DNA of 64,000 nt, taken from NCBI GenBank assembly GCA_036397095.1, contig DASWJQ010000099.1:11728-75727 (forward strand), given 5' to 3'. The position numbers were made by a program, and so were the translations under genes. Of this stretch, positions 43,313 to 52,333 are shown piece after piece; the stretch's first letter is position 1, and the number at the start of each line of letters is the position of its first letter. Origin of the DNA: Anaerolineales bacterium. Lineage in GTDB: Bacteria; Chloroflexota; Anaerolineae; Anaerolineales; E44-bin32. The notes below the pieces were generated by a model that worked only from the letters and a program-made list of their open reading frames with translations, did not search any database and was not told the origin of the DNA.

Positions 43313-44348
43313 CCAGCAACCGACCCGCATCCTGGGCATCGAGACATCGTGCGACGAAACGGCAGCGGCGGTCGTTGAGGATGGGCGCAGGATCGTTAGC
43401 CAGGCGGTTGCCTCCCAAGCGGACCTGCACGCCGCGTATGGTGGGGTGTTCCCCGAGCTAGCCTCCCGAGCCCACATCGAAACCATCTACCCGCTGGTCC
43501 GGCGCGTGCTCGACGAAGCCCACGTCGATCTGGACTCGGTGGATGCTGTGGCCGTTACGCGCGGCCCGGGCCTGGCCGGCTCGTTGGTCGTCGGCATGAA
43601 TATGGCCAAGGGCCTGGCCCTGGGCGCTGGGTTGCCACTGCTGGGGATCAACCACCTTGAGGGTCACGTGTATTCCGTATGGCTGGTGGAGGACCAGCCG
43701 GAGCCAGCCTTCCCGCTGCTGGCATTGATCGTGTCAGGCGGGCACACCGAACTCATCCTGATGCAGGAACACCTCAACTACCGTCGACTGGGCGGGACCC
43801 TCGACGATGCCGCCGGCGAGGCTTTCGACAAAGTGGCCCGGCTGCTGGGCTTGGGTTACCCCGGGGGGCCGGCGATCGAGGCGGCCGCCGCCGGCGGCGA
43901 CCCCGCAACGTTCGCCTTCCCGCGCGCCTGGCTGGAGGGCACCTGGGACTTCTCTTTCAGCGGCCTGAAAACTTCGGTGCTGCGCGAGGTCCGTGAGCTG
44001 CAGCCATCGATCCAGGCCGGCGTCAACCCACCCGAACCCGGGCTGCCGATCGCCGACCTGGCGGCCTCGTTCCAGCAGGCAGTCGTTGACGTGCTGGTCG
44101 AAAAGACGCTGCTGGCGGCCGGCGAGTTCGGTGCCAAGGCAATCCTGGTGGCGGGCGGCGTGTCCGCCAACCAGGGGCTGCGCTCGGCCTTCGCCGAGCG
44201 CGCTAAGTCACCGGTCCTGGTGCCGCCGCTCCAACTGTGCACCGACAACGCGGCCATGATTGCCGCCGTTGGACACCGGCGCTTGCTTGCGGGCCAGCGA
44301 GATGCGCTCGACATGGACGTCTTGCCTACTTGGCCGCTGACCCAGTAG
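43305..44348 (+). CDS. tsaD: tRNA N6-adenosine threonylcarbamoyltransferase
   Basis: ILGIETSCDETAAAVV...GPGLAGSLVVG...INHLEGH...VAGGVSAN is canonical TsaD. Confidence 0.95.
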   Translation: MNDQQPTRILGIETSCDETAAAVVEDGRRIVSQAVASQADLHAAYGGVFPELASRAHIETIYPLVRRVLDEAHVDLDSVDAVAVTRGPGLAGSLVVGMNMAKGLALGAGLPLLGINHLEGHVYSVWLVEDQPEPAFPLLALIVSGGHTELILMQEHLNYRRLGGTLDDAAGEAFDKVARLLGLGYPGGPAIEAAAAGGDPATFAFPRAWLEGTWDFSFSGLKTSVLREVRELQPSIQAGVNPPEPGLPIADLAASFQQAVVDVLVEKTLLAAGEFGAKAILVAGGVSANQGLRSAFAERAKSPVLVPPLQLCTDNAAMIAAVGHRRLLAGQRDALDMDVLPTWPLTQ

Positions 44349-44386
44349 GCCGGGCTGCGGCCAGTGGCGACACAGTCGCGAATATA

Positions 44387-44419
44387 AAAGAGAGAGCCCG
44401 CTAAGCGGGCCCTCTCTTT
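44387..44419. terminator. Bidirectional rho-independent terminator
   Basis: AAAGAGAGAGCCCGC-taa-GCGGGCCCTCTCTTT, flanked by A/T runs on both sides, between convergent tsaD and the 82-aa ORF. Confidence 0.7.
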
Positions 44420-44456
44420 GGCCGGGTTGCGGCCGCACTTCGAAAGAGAAGTGAAC

Positions 44457-44705
44457 CTAGCAGGAGGTTTGAACCGGACCGGACGCGACCTGGCGGCGTT
44501 CCGGCAGGTTGAGCCCCATGCCGCCAGCGGCCTCCAGCCGTTGTCCCATTTGCACCAGCCGGCCCCCCAGCCCGGCGGCGGCCGTGGCCAACAGCGGCCG
44601 CTGCACCCTACGGCTGGGCCGGTCGAGTTGCGCGTAGTGAGCGGCCTCGTCTTCCAACTGCTCACCCCGGGCTTTGGCCACTTGGACATCTTTCCACGTA
44701 ATCAT
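44457..44705 (-). CDS. Small hypothetical protein (82 aa)
   Basis: Strong RBS GGGAGGAAGG 7 nt before the ATG. It lies downstream of and co-directional with the ArsR-type gene and is followed by the terminator. I recognise no family. Confidence 0.5.
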   Translation of the reverse strand: MITWKDVQVAKARGEQLEDEAAHYAQLDRPSRRVQRPLLATAAAGLGGRLVQMGQRLEAAGGMGLNLPERRQVASGPVQTSC

Positions 44706-44778
44706 GCTTGCCTTCCTCCCGCCTCGGTCAGAGGCGTCACCGCACGAAGTAGTCGTTGGCCAGTCGCGAGCAACTGGC

Positions 44779-45912
44779 TCACAGGGGCGCCGCCACCGGC
44801 TCCGACACCGCCGGCAGGCTGGGGATGGTCAGCGGGCGGCTGACATAGGCACGCAGTGCCGTCAATGTCGCCTCCAGCTGAACGGGGTTAAGCCGGTAGC
44901 ATTTTGCCGATTCCTGGCGCCGCTCGATCAGGTAGCCGGTGGCCACCAGCTGCCGCAGATGGCGTGACGCCGAAGACTGGCTCAATTGAATGGCTTCGAT
45001 CAGGTCCTGGGCGCACATCTCGCCTTGCTCGGCGCACAATCCGAGGATTTGAAGCCGGCTGTCATCAGCCAGTGCATTCAGCCTGACGAGCAGCTCCGAC
45101 CGGCTCAACGCAGCCGACCGCGCCCGGGCTCCTGCAGGCACCCGCGCGCCAAAGATGATCCACAGCGTGCCGCTGGCCGGCAGCAGCGTGACGTACGGGC
45201 CAACATGCGCCGACGGGACGAAGCGCACCTGGCGGGCAGCGGCCAGCATGTCAAGCTTCCAATCGTCGAATTCATGACCTGTGATCCATTCGGCCAGCGC
45301 CGGCCGATCTAAACCCGGCCAGCGGGTTTCGCGGAACGCCTTCACGGATTCGTCGAGCATGGGCATCGAGCGTTCCCAAGCGGCCCGCAGATACGTCTGC
45401 CACATGGTACGCATGTGCTCGATGACGGCTGCCTGCATTTCTTGTGGATGGCTGAGCCACCTGTGAACCTGGCGCTCAACCTCCTCATAGATGGCCTCGG
45501 CCGGGAAACGCTGGCGCAGGAACGTCAGGTACAGCTCTGGGTCGGCCAGCAGCTCGGACCGCTGATGGCTCGCTTCCACCGGCTGCTTGCACTCGATGGC
45601 TTCGTACTCGGCGAACAGCCGTTCAATCCACAGCTCGGCGGGCTCGGACGCCAGATCATCCACATAGGCCGGGAAATCGGAGTAGCGCTTTTGCGGGATG
45701 AGGGCATAGAACAGCCCATTGAGCACGACCAGATTGCGCTGGCGCAATTCGTCCCCCATCTCGGCGGCCGTACGGGCGACCCACGGGTGCAACCCCTCAT
45801 AGGTCTCGATCTTCGTCAGCAGGGTCAGGTCGACAAACAGGGCTTGCGCCTGATCCAGGCCGACTTCGATCTCGCTGGTCTCTCGGGCGAGCGAATCGCG
45901 CAAGACTGGCAT
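44779..45912 (-). CDS. ArsR-type winged-helix regulator with a large (about 270 aa) N-terminal domain of unknown function
   Basis: C-terminal LADDSRLQILGLCAEQGEMCAQDLIEAIQLSQSSASRHLRQLVATGYLIERRQ is an ArsR/SmtB HTH. Confidence 0.7.
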   Translation of the reverse strand: MPVLRDSLARETSEIEVGLDQAQALFVDLTLLTKIETYEGLHPWVARTAAEMGDELRQRNLVVLNGLFYALIPQKRYSDFPAYVDDLASEPAELWIERLFAEYEAIECKQPVEASHQRSELLADPELYLTFLRQRFPAEAIYEEVERQVHRWLSHPQEMQAAVIEHMRTMWQTYLRAAWERSMPMLDESVKAFRETRWPGLDRPALAEWITGHEFDDWKLDMLAAARQVRFVPSAHVGPYVTLLPASGTLWIIFGARVPAGARARSAALSRSELLVRLNALADDSRLQILGLCAEQGEMCAQDLIEAIQLSQSSASRHLRQLVATGYLIERRQESAKCYRLNPVQLEATLTALRAYVSRPLTIPSLPAVSEPVAAPL

Positions 45913-45933
45913 CTCTACCCATCCTTCCCGTTC

Positions 45934-45970
45934 ATTATGTTTACCCGTTTATGCGGGTTATCGGCATAAT
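45934..45970. promoter_or_regulatory. Imperfect inverted repeat (candidate ArsR-type operator) overlapping the -10 element
   Basis: Minus strand: ATTATGccgaTAACCCG-cataaa-CGGGTAAACATAAT. Confidence 0.4.
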
Positions 45971-45994
45971 AGCAGGGGTGAAGGGGCGTGTCAA
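45966..45994 (-). promoter_or_regulatory. Near-consensus sigma70 promoter TTGACA-17 nt-TATTAT
   Basis: Minus strand: TTGACA cgccccttcacccctgc TATTAT, about 50 nt upstream of the ArsR-type gene ATG. Confidence 0.6.
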
Positions 45995-46019
45995 GAGGCA
46001 ACTCTCAGGATGATACGCG

Positions 46020-46044
46020 GACAGCGCCCCGACGGGGCGCTGTC
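46020..46044 (-). terminator. GC-rich hairpin 29 nt downstream of the HerA-like ATPase gene (no U-tract on the minus strand)
   Basis: Perfect 11-bp stem GACAGCGCCCC-gac-GGGGCGCTGTC. Confidence 0.45.
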
Positions 46045-46072
46045 TTGATCCTTGCATGGGGTCATCAGGACA

Positions 46073-48487
46073 TCAGTTGGCGCCAGGGAACAGCGCTACC
46101 TCCCGCTGGCCGTTTTGCCTGCGGTACGGCATCCACAGCACACCAAAAAAGCGCAATTGCACATCCTGCCGCCGTGGGGTGACAACCTTGTGGCTGATTT
46201 CGCCGGCCAGATCGATCCAGTGATCGTCAAGCTCCTCGAGACGATCGGCCATCTCGGCTTCCAACGCCTCCAACTCCTTGCGAAAGGCCTCGATGTCTGC
46301 CTGCGACTCGGCAATGTCGGCTTGCGCTTTTGATGTCATGCGCCGTTTGCTGAGCGACGTCGAAAGCCGGCGCCGGCTGCGCGAACCACTGAACAGACCG
46401 AGCAGGTTTTCGGCGTGAGTCACCCACTCTTCGGCGCGGCGCGAAGCGTGCTCTGACATATCCTCCGCCAATTCGCGCTGTTCCTTGGTTAGCTTCTCCT
46501 TCATTCGCTCAACCTTCTTCTGGTAATCTCGCCTTTCCTGTTCGGCCTCTTCATCCCGGCGGGCAGTCGCCTCCTGCAGGCAGCGTTGGTGGAAGGCCTC
46601 ATCGCTCTCGCCGGGTTCGGCCACCAGACCCAGGGTTTCATTGCTCGCCAGTCGCAGTTCACTTGCCCGGTAAAGGTAGTCGGCGAAATCCTTCTCGAGT
46701 TGTTTCATGCGTTTGGCGTCGTTCAATGGCGCCTGCACTGCGGCGTAGAGCGCAGCCGACACCGGGCCCGCCAACAAGTCGTCAGGCGCCAGGTCCAGGG
46801 CCACCGCCTCATCCCAGCGGATCATGCCCCGCGCGTCCGGCTCGGGCACAAAGGTCACGACTGGGGTGATCAAGTCGACCCCAGCCTTCCGGTCGAGGAA
46901 GCGGACATCGGCCAACGCCCCTAACCCCGCCCGGTAGACCAGCCCATCACCGGCCTGCGCGGCCTCGGCTCCACCGGGCATCAGAAAGCGTTCGCCGACG
47001 CCAGTCGGAACCGCCGGCCGCGAAGCAGCCAGCCCCGGCGGCACTTGATTTTCGGCGACTTGCTGCGGACCGATCGGTGCGGCGGCGCCAACCATTTCAT
47101 TAATGCGCCCCACCTGCGCCAGCGTCAGGGGGCCCGCCAGGTAGGCCATCGCCCAACGGGTCTGGAAAATAACCGGGGCCGGTTGGTGGACGTTGTGGAG
47201 CAGGAAGACCCGTTTGCCCAGCTGCGAGATGGCTGCGTCCATTGTCTTTCGATTGAAACCGGCCGCGCCGGCGCTGATCCCTTCCAACCCATCAAGCAGA
47301 CGATTCTTGTCCTGCTCGGTTTGCAGCCGGCCGACAAACCAGGTGCCGGCATTGCCCAGAGCCTTGTAGTCCAGGTCAACCGGGTTCTGCGTTGCTAACA
47401 CCAGCCCCAACCCAAAGGCGCGCGCCTGCTTCAACAGGCGCAATAAGGGCGCCTTGGACGGCGGGGCAGCCGTGGGCGGCAGGTAGCCAAAGACCTCATC
47501 CATGTAGAACAGCGCCCGCAGCGTGGTCGCCCCGGGTTGGCCACGCACCCAGGCCTCCAGCGCGCCCAACAGCAGGGTGACAAAGAACATTCGCTCGCTG
47601 TCCGCCAGGTGCGCCAGGTAGAAGACGGAATGGCGCGGCTTGCCTTCGGCGGTCCACAGCATGTGGTGCACATCCAGCGGTTCGCCCAACGCCCAGGCGG
47701 CGAAGCTGGGCGAGGCCAGCAGATTGTTGAGCAGAGTCGCTAGCTCAAATCGGTCGGCCTCAGGGAAGAATTCCTCCAGTTCCAGCGCACCCAGCCGCTC
47801 CAGCGGGGGATTGCGAACCTGGCGGATCAACTCGACCAGGTTGAGGTCCTGCCCCTGACGCCAGCTGGCCTCGATAAGGTTGGCCAGCAAGATGTGTTCA
47901 CGCGATTGGACCGGGTCGCCGGACACACCGACCAGGCCGAGCAGTGCGGTGGCCGTGGTGGCAATGCGGTCGCGGGCCCGATCGGCCGCCTGCGCCCAAT
48001 CGCCGGCCGGGGCGGCCAACGATGTCAGGATGTTGACCGGCCGGCCGGTTTCAGCCCCGGGCGTGTACACGGCGTATTCGACGGCTACGGCCACTTCGGC
48101 AACGCGGCTCGGTTCGATCCCCCAATCGGCCAGCCCGTCGCGCCAGGTTTGCGCCACCTCGGTAGCCAGTTCATCGACCGACTTGCCTTCACGCTGTGCC
48201 TGGTCGGCCATGATCCACGGGCCGAAATCTGCGGGCCGCAGTTGCGGAAAGTGGAGCAGTAGATTGGCCAAGTCACCTTTCGGGTCGACCAGAATGGCCG
48301 GCAATCCGTGCAGCGCCGCTTCTTCCAGCAGGTCGATACACAGGCCGGTCTTACCCGAACCGGTCATGCCGATGACAGCGGCGTGGGTTGTCAAGTCGCC
48401 GGGGTCATAGAGAACCTCTTCAACGCCGCGCTTGCCGGTCTTTAGATCGAATTTCCGGCCAAGGTAAAAGCCTTGCTTTGCCGTCAA
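46073..48487 (-). CDS. HerA/FtsK-like P-loop ATPase (DUF87/DUF853-type) with a C-terminal coiled-coil extension of about 330 aa
   Basis: Walker A GMTGSGKTG, Walker B FYMDEVFGY, and ATQNPVDLD. The C-terminal region is Glu/Arg/Lys-rich and heptad-like. Probable TTG start at 48487, 9 nt after AAGGAG; the track start 48577 would overlap the PLD gene by 68 nt. Confidence 0.8.
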   Translation of the reverse strand: MTAKQGFYLGRKFDLKTGKRGVEEVLYDPGDLTTHAAVIGMTGSGKTGLCIDLLEEAALHGLPAILVDPKGDLANLLLHFPQLRPADFGPWIMADQAQREGKSVDELATEVAQTWRDGLADWGIEPSRVAEVAVAVEYAVYTPGAETGRPVNILTSLAAPAGDWAQAADRARDRIATTATALLGLVGVSGDPVQSREHILLANLIEASWRQGQDLNLVELIRQVRNPPLERLGALELEEFFPEADRFELATLLNNLLASPSFAAWALGEPLDVHHMLWTAEGKPRHSVFYLAHLADSERMFFVTLLLGALEAWVRGQPGATTLRALFYMDEVFGYLPPTAAPPSKAPLLRLLKQARAFGLGLVLATQNPVDLDYKALGNAGTWFVGRLQTEQDKNRLLDGLEGISAGAAGFNRKTMDAAISQLGKRVFLLHNVHQPAPVIFQTRWAMAYLAGPLTLAQVGRINEMVGAAAPIGPQQVAENQVPPGLAASRPAVPTGVGERFLMPGGAEAAQAGDGLVYRAGLGALADVRFLDRKAGVDLITPVVTFVPEPDARGMIRWDEAVALDLAPDDLLAGPVSAALYAAVQAPLNDAKRMKQLEKDFADYLYRASELRLASNETLGLVAEPGESDEAFHQRCLQEATARRDEEAEQERRDYQKKVERMKEKLTKEQRELAEDMSEHASRRAEEWVTHAENLLGLFSGSRSRRRLSTSLSKRRMTSKAQADIAESQADIEAFRKELEALEAEMADRLEELDDHWIDLAGEISHKVVTPRRQDVQLRFFGVLWMPYRRQNGQREVALFPGAN

Positions 48488-48509
48488 CGGAACCCGCTCC
48501 TTTCGCGCC

Positions 48510-49580
48510 TTAGGGCACAGCCGCTTGATAGATGAGCTCGAATTGGTCGACGAATTGGGCAGCCAGCCCCGGGTCATCGATCATCAGGCTGTTTTCGTCG
48601 TTGTCATGCTCGGCGCTCTGTGTGAAATTGTACGACCCAACGATCACGGTCGACCGGTCAATTACGATCACCTTATGATGCATATTGGCCGGGTTGGTGT
48701 CCAGCCGCAAATCGAGCCCAGCCGCCCGCAGCCGATCGACGTCGCTGCCCGCCCCGCCGGATTGACGGGCTTCAGCCACCGCTCGGACCTCCACCCCGCG
48801 TTCGTGGGCCTGGAGCAACGCCTCGGCGATCGAATCGGACGTCAAGACAAAGGCCAACACGAGTATCTGGGACTCGGCATCCTGCAGCCGCTGCAGCAAC
48901 CGTCCCTCGATGCCGTCGTCGGGCGAGAAGCCAACTTCGACAGCCGCCTCACCAATTGCCAGGAATGGGTAGGGCGTATCCGGCAGGGACAGCGGCCCAA
49001 AGCGATCGTCGATGAACATCTCCTCAAATTCGCGCAGGTAGTCGGCCGCCAGGTCCGTTGATTGAATTGCCAGCAGGTGGTTGTCATTGCGGTGCAACCC
49101 GTTCCAGGTCAGGTTGAGTGAGCCGGTCCACACCTGCTGCTCGTCGATCACGACGAATTTGTGGTGCATCAGCGACGGTCGGCGATCGTCCACCAGTGGC
49201 ACGCCGGCCGCCAGCAAATCCTGTAGCGCCGGCTGGTCCAGGTTGTCGGTCTCGGCGACGACCCGCACGCGTAGGCCGCGCCGGTGGGCGGCGATCAACG
49301 CGTCACGTACGGCCGGCAAATCGAGATCGTAAACTGCGATATCGATGCTGCTTGACGCGCTCTCCAAGGCGGCCACCAGGTCGGCTTGCACGCCGCCGGC
49401 GTCTTCCGATCGGGTCTGGCCGGCTTGCGGTGTGAAGTAGACCCGCAGGACACCATCATCGGCGGGCGACGGCCGCTCCGTCTCATCGCCGCGTCCGGTC
49501 TGATAAAAGAATGTGCCGAGCGCCAACGCCAGCGCCACGACCAGTGCCGTCGGGTGCCATCTTTGCCAGGTTGCTCTCAT
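48510..49580 (-). CDS. Phospholipase D / Nuc-family protein with two HKD motifs and an N-terminal membrane anchor or signal
   Basis: HHKFVVID...GSLNLT and HHKVIVID...GSYNFT. The N-terminus WHPTALVVALALALGTFFY is hydrophobic. Confidence 0.85.
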   Translation of the reverse strand: MRATWQRWHPTALVVALALALGTFFYQTGRGDETERPSPADDGVLRVYFTPQAGQTRSEDAGGVQADLVAALESASSSIDIAVYDLDLPAVRDALIAAHRRGLRVRVVAETDNLDQPALQDLLAAGVPLVDDRRPSLMHHKFVVIDEQQVWTGSLNLTWNGLHRNDNHLLAIQSTDLAADYLREFEEMFIDDRFGPLSLPDTPYPFLAIGEAAVEVGFSPDDGIEGRLLQRLQDAESQILVLAFVLTSDSIAEALLQAHERGVEVRAVAEARQSGGAGSDVDRLRAAGLDLRLDTNPANMHHKVIVIDRSTVIVGSYNFTQSAEHDNDENSLMIDDPGLAAQFVDQFELIYQAAVP

Positions 49581-49851
49581 CCCCCTGTCCCCCTTGCTAT
49601 TCCTCGGTCTCCTACCTACCGCCTTGCGGCATTCCCACCCAACCTGGCAGCCGGCCGGGCCGCCGTGTCCCCATCGACCTGGGCCAGGCGTTTACTCTCT
49701 AGACCAACCACGATCGACACACCATCGGTATCCCATTTTGGGATCTCCAGATTCAAACGCCGGGCCCAGGCCACCAAACACCCGTGAGGCTGAAGCCAAT
49801 ATATCTGCTGCGAGCGCAACCGCAGGCTCCCTCCGTCAGCCGGATTCTTCG

Positions 49852-52053
49852 TCAGTGTGGTGATCCAACGCGGGAGAACTCGATCGTGCCGGTCCACACT
49901 TCACCTGAGGTGCCCACAATCTCGCCCTCGTCCTGATGAATGAGAGTCGTGTCGGTGCAGGAATAGGAAGCGCCTTCGGGGAGTGCCTGCAGCTCACCAC
50001 CCGTTTGGGTCGTGACGGTTGGATCCGAACCGAACGTTCCAAGCGGGCCGGAAACGACTGTAAGCGTTTCCTGCGACCCCTGGCTCTGGGTCTCCAACAT
50101 CTGTAGCTGATCATAGGTGTCGTTGGTGGAGTAGGTGCCCGAGGCGGACCGGTTGGACGTGGTCAATACCTCTGTGACATTCCCATTGACTTCCGCGCCG
50201 CGCCATACCACAACCTGGTCCTGGGTCGAGCTCTCGAATGTCCCGTCCTCCCTGAAGATAAGGCGGTGGGTCCCCTCAACGCTCACCAGGTGTGTCGAAT
50301 TGTCGGCGGTCGCTTCGACAACAGCAACCCAATAGCCGCTGGTGCCCACATCGTGTACCCACTCGCCAACCAGGCACTCGTCGCAAGCACTCTCTTCAAA
50401 GTCCTGCAAATCCAGTCGCAGCGCAGACGCTTCTGCCTCGGTTGATCCGGGGCCGATCGTGGTCATCACCACCACGTATTGTGCGATTTCGTCGCACGCC
50501 GCCACCCGCTCAGGGAGTGGCTGCCAGCTGCCCGTGGGAGTCCGTTTGGCCGCCTCCTGCGCAGCAGCACCGGACAGGTCAAGGCCGAGATCATAGGTAT
50601 GCTCGGCTTCGAATGCCAACATCGCCCGCTCCACGTGGAATGGCTTGGCCTGCAGCTCAAGCCCACTTTGTTCGGGGAACAGGGCGAGCCTATCGTTTGG
50701 GATTAGCGCACTACCCGGCAGCACACCGCCGCCCGTGTCGGCGATTTCGCCATCCAGGTAAGCTTGGGCAAACTCACGCAGTACTACATCCATCCCATCG
50801 ATACCGGCCATGTAGCTCATCATTGCGCCCTTGCTGGCAAGCGGCATCCCGTCCAGGAAGTCGATCAGCCACGGATCGCCGAACCGATTGCCAAGGTATT
50901 GAAAGAAGACCGTGTTGGCGTACGACATGTCCAGGATGGACTTGGTCGGTGATTCCTGATGGAAGGTATCAACAAAGTCATGCTCGTGGTTCACGGTCGG
51001 GTACACAAGATTGCTGAAATAGTTGGCCATGCCTTCGTTGTACCAACTGGCGACCGAGTAGCCGCTCACACCTTTGCGCCACAAGTGAACACAATGAAAC
51101 ACCTCGTGGGCGATCAGTTGTTTGAAGCTGTCCAGATCCATATCAAATGCGCCCGAAAACACCGTGATGGGGCAGGCCAGGCTGCCCAATTCAGCGGGAT
51201 CAAAACTGGGCACCATTGCCACACCAGCTTGCGGACCGCCAATGGCGTCTGCCGAGATCAAACTAAACACGACATTAGTTGAACGGACTTCGACCAGCTC
51301 GCTGTACCTGGCCTGGCTATCGGCGAGCGCTTCGGTGGCAGCGTCCACATACGACATGAATAGTGTGTCGCCGTTTCTCTCCAGCGGAAAGTACACGTTG
51401 AAAGGGTGGCCGCCGGCAGTAAACGAGTTATAGAGCAGGCAGGTTGGAACGGGACCGGCTGACTCGGGGAAACCTTCGTGCCAGATCTCACTGCAGGACA
51501 GTTCCTGGCGTTCGATTAGGGAAAGGCCAGGCGCTCCGGGCAGGGCCACCGAGTCTGCCGGCGCCGAGTATGGCTCCAGCACGGCGGCTGACGGCGCCAG
51601 CACGCGCAACAAGGAGTCAAGCTCAGCCTTCAACTCGGAGTCCTCGCTGATTTGATAAAGGTCATAAGCCAGCGCTGTCAATCCCCACACGCTCTCAAAC
51701 TGCATCTTGCCATCGGGTTGCTCGATGAATTCCGGTGGCGCTTGCTCGGAGGCCAGGGCGCGCATCAATTCGACAACGCCATCGACCAGCTCCAGTTCGC
51801 CAGCCTCCACCTGGGCGAGCATCAAGTCGACGACTTCTCGCACTGGTGGATCGGGGTGGGCCGGGTTGCCGTTGACATCGTAGAAGTCTGCCGGCGGCAC
51901 ATCGGGCGTCGGGCTGCTCGACTGCGGCTCCGCGGCACGATCCGCCCCAGGCAAGGCAAGCCCATTGCCGCCGAATGGATTGAGATCGGCAATAGCGTTG
52001 CAGGCCAGTCCGGCCAGCATAAGGATGGCAATGATTACCCGGGGTCTTACCAT
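49852..52053 (-). CDS. Large lipoprotein with an HExxH zinc-metallopeptidase motif, otherwise uncharacterised
   Basis: The lipobox is LAGLAC-N. IAHEVFHCVH is the only recognisable catalytic motif. 733 aa. Confidence 0.65.
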   Translation of the reverse strand: MVRPRVIIAILMLAGLACNAIADLNPFGGNGLALPGADRAAEPQSSSPTPDVPPADFYDVNGNPAHPDPPVREVVDLMLAQVEAGELELVDGVVELMRALASEQAPPEFIEQPDGKMQFESVWGLTALAYDLYQISEDSELKAELDSLLRVLAPSAAVLEPYSAPADSVALPGAPGLSLIERQELSCSEIWHEGFPESAGPVPTCLLYNSFTAGGHPFNVYFPLERNGDTLFMSYVDAATEALADSQARYSELVEVRSTNVVFSLISADAIGGPQAGVAMVPSFDPAELGSLACPITVFSGAFDMDLDSFKQLIAHEVFHCVHLWRKGVSGYSVASWYNEGMANYFSNLVYPTVNHEHDFVDTFHQESPTKSILDMSYANTVFFQYLGNRFGDPWLIDFLDGMPLASKGAMMSYMAGIDGMDVVLREFAQAYLDGEIADTGGGVLPGSALIPNDRLALFPEQSGLELQAKPFHVERAMLAFEAEHTYDLGLDLSGAAAQEAAKRTPTGSWQPLPERVAACDEIAQYVVVMTTIGPGSTEAEASALRLDLQDFEESACDECLVGEWVHDVGTSGYWVAVVEATADNSTHLVSVEGTHRLIFREDGTFESSTQDQVVVWRGAEVNGNVTEVLTTSNRSASGTYSTNDTYDQLQMLETQSQGSQETLTVVSGPLGTFGSDPTVTTQTGGELQALPEGASYSCTDTTLIHQDEGEIVGTSGEVWTGTIEFSRVGSPH

Positions 52054-52333
52054 TATCGGTCGGCCTCCGTCGGGCGGGCTGGCGGCAAGCCGCCAATGCT
52101 TGGGCTTGTGCTCCTGGTCGCAGGCCGCCTAGGTCGGCCGAAGACTGAGCTGCACATGTTCAACGAGAATCAGACCGGTTGGATAGGGCCCGCAAGATTG
52201 GCGGTACGACCGTTTAAGTCGAGCAGATTCGCGGCAGTCCTACGGGCCATTCTGCCGGCATTCCGCCGCCCAGGTTCGGTCTCCAGCAGCCATTGTCCGA
52301 ATATCGAGCGGAATCACAATTCTCCAGCCAATC

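Noticed and set aside
46073-52053. Calling the PLD / HerA-like / metallopeptidase region a bona fide phage-defence island.
   Set aside because: There are no integrase, transposase or tRNA boundaries and no compositional shift. The PLD protein appears membrane-anchored or secreted, and the ATPase resembles a widespread housekeeping-type family. It is retained only as a hypothesis in the findings.
52054-52333. Cobalamin riboswitch upstream of the HExxH lipoprotein gene.
   Set aside because: Only a partial GCUGGAGACC resemblance to the B12-box region was seen. The upstream GGGAA..GGUGAAA..CC and GCCACUG elements were not found.
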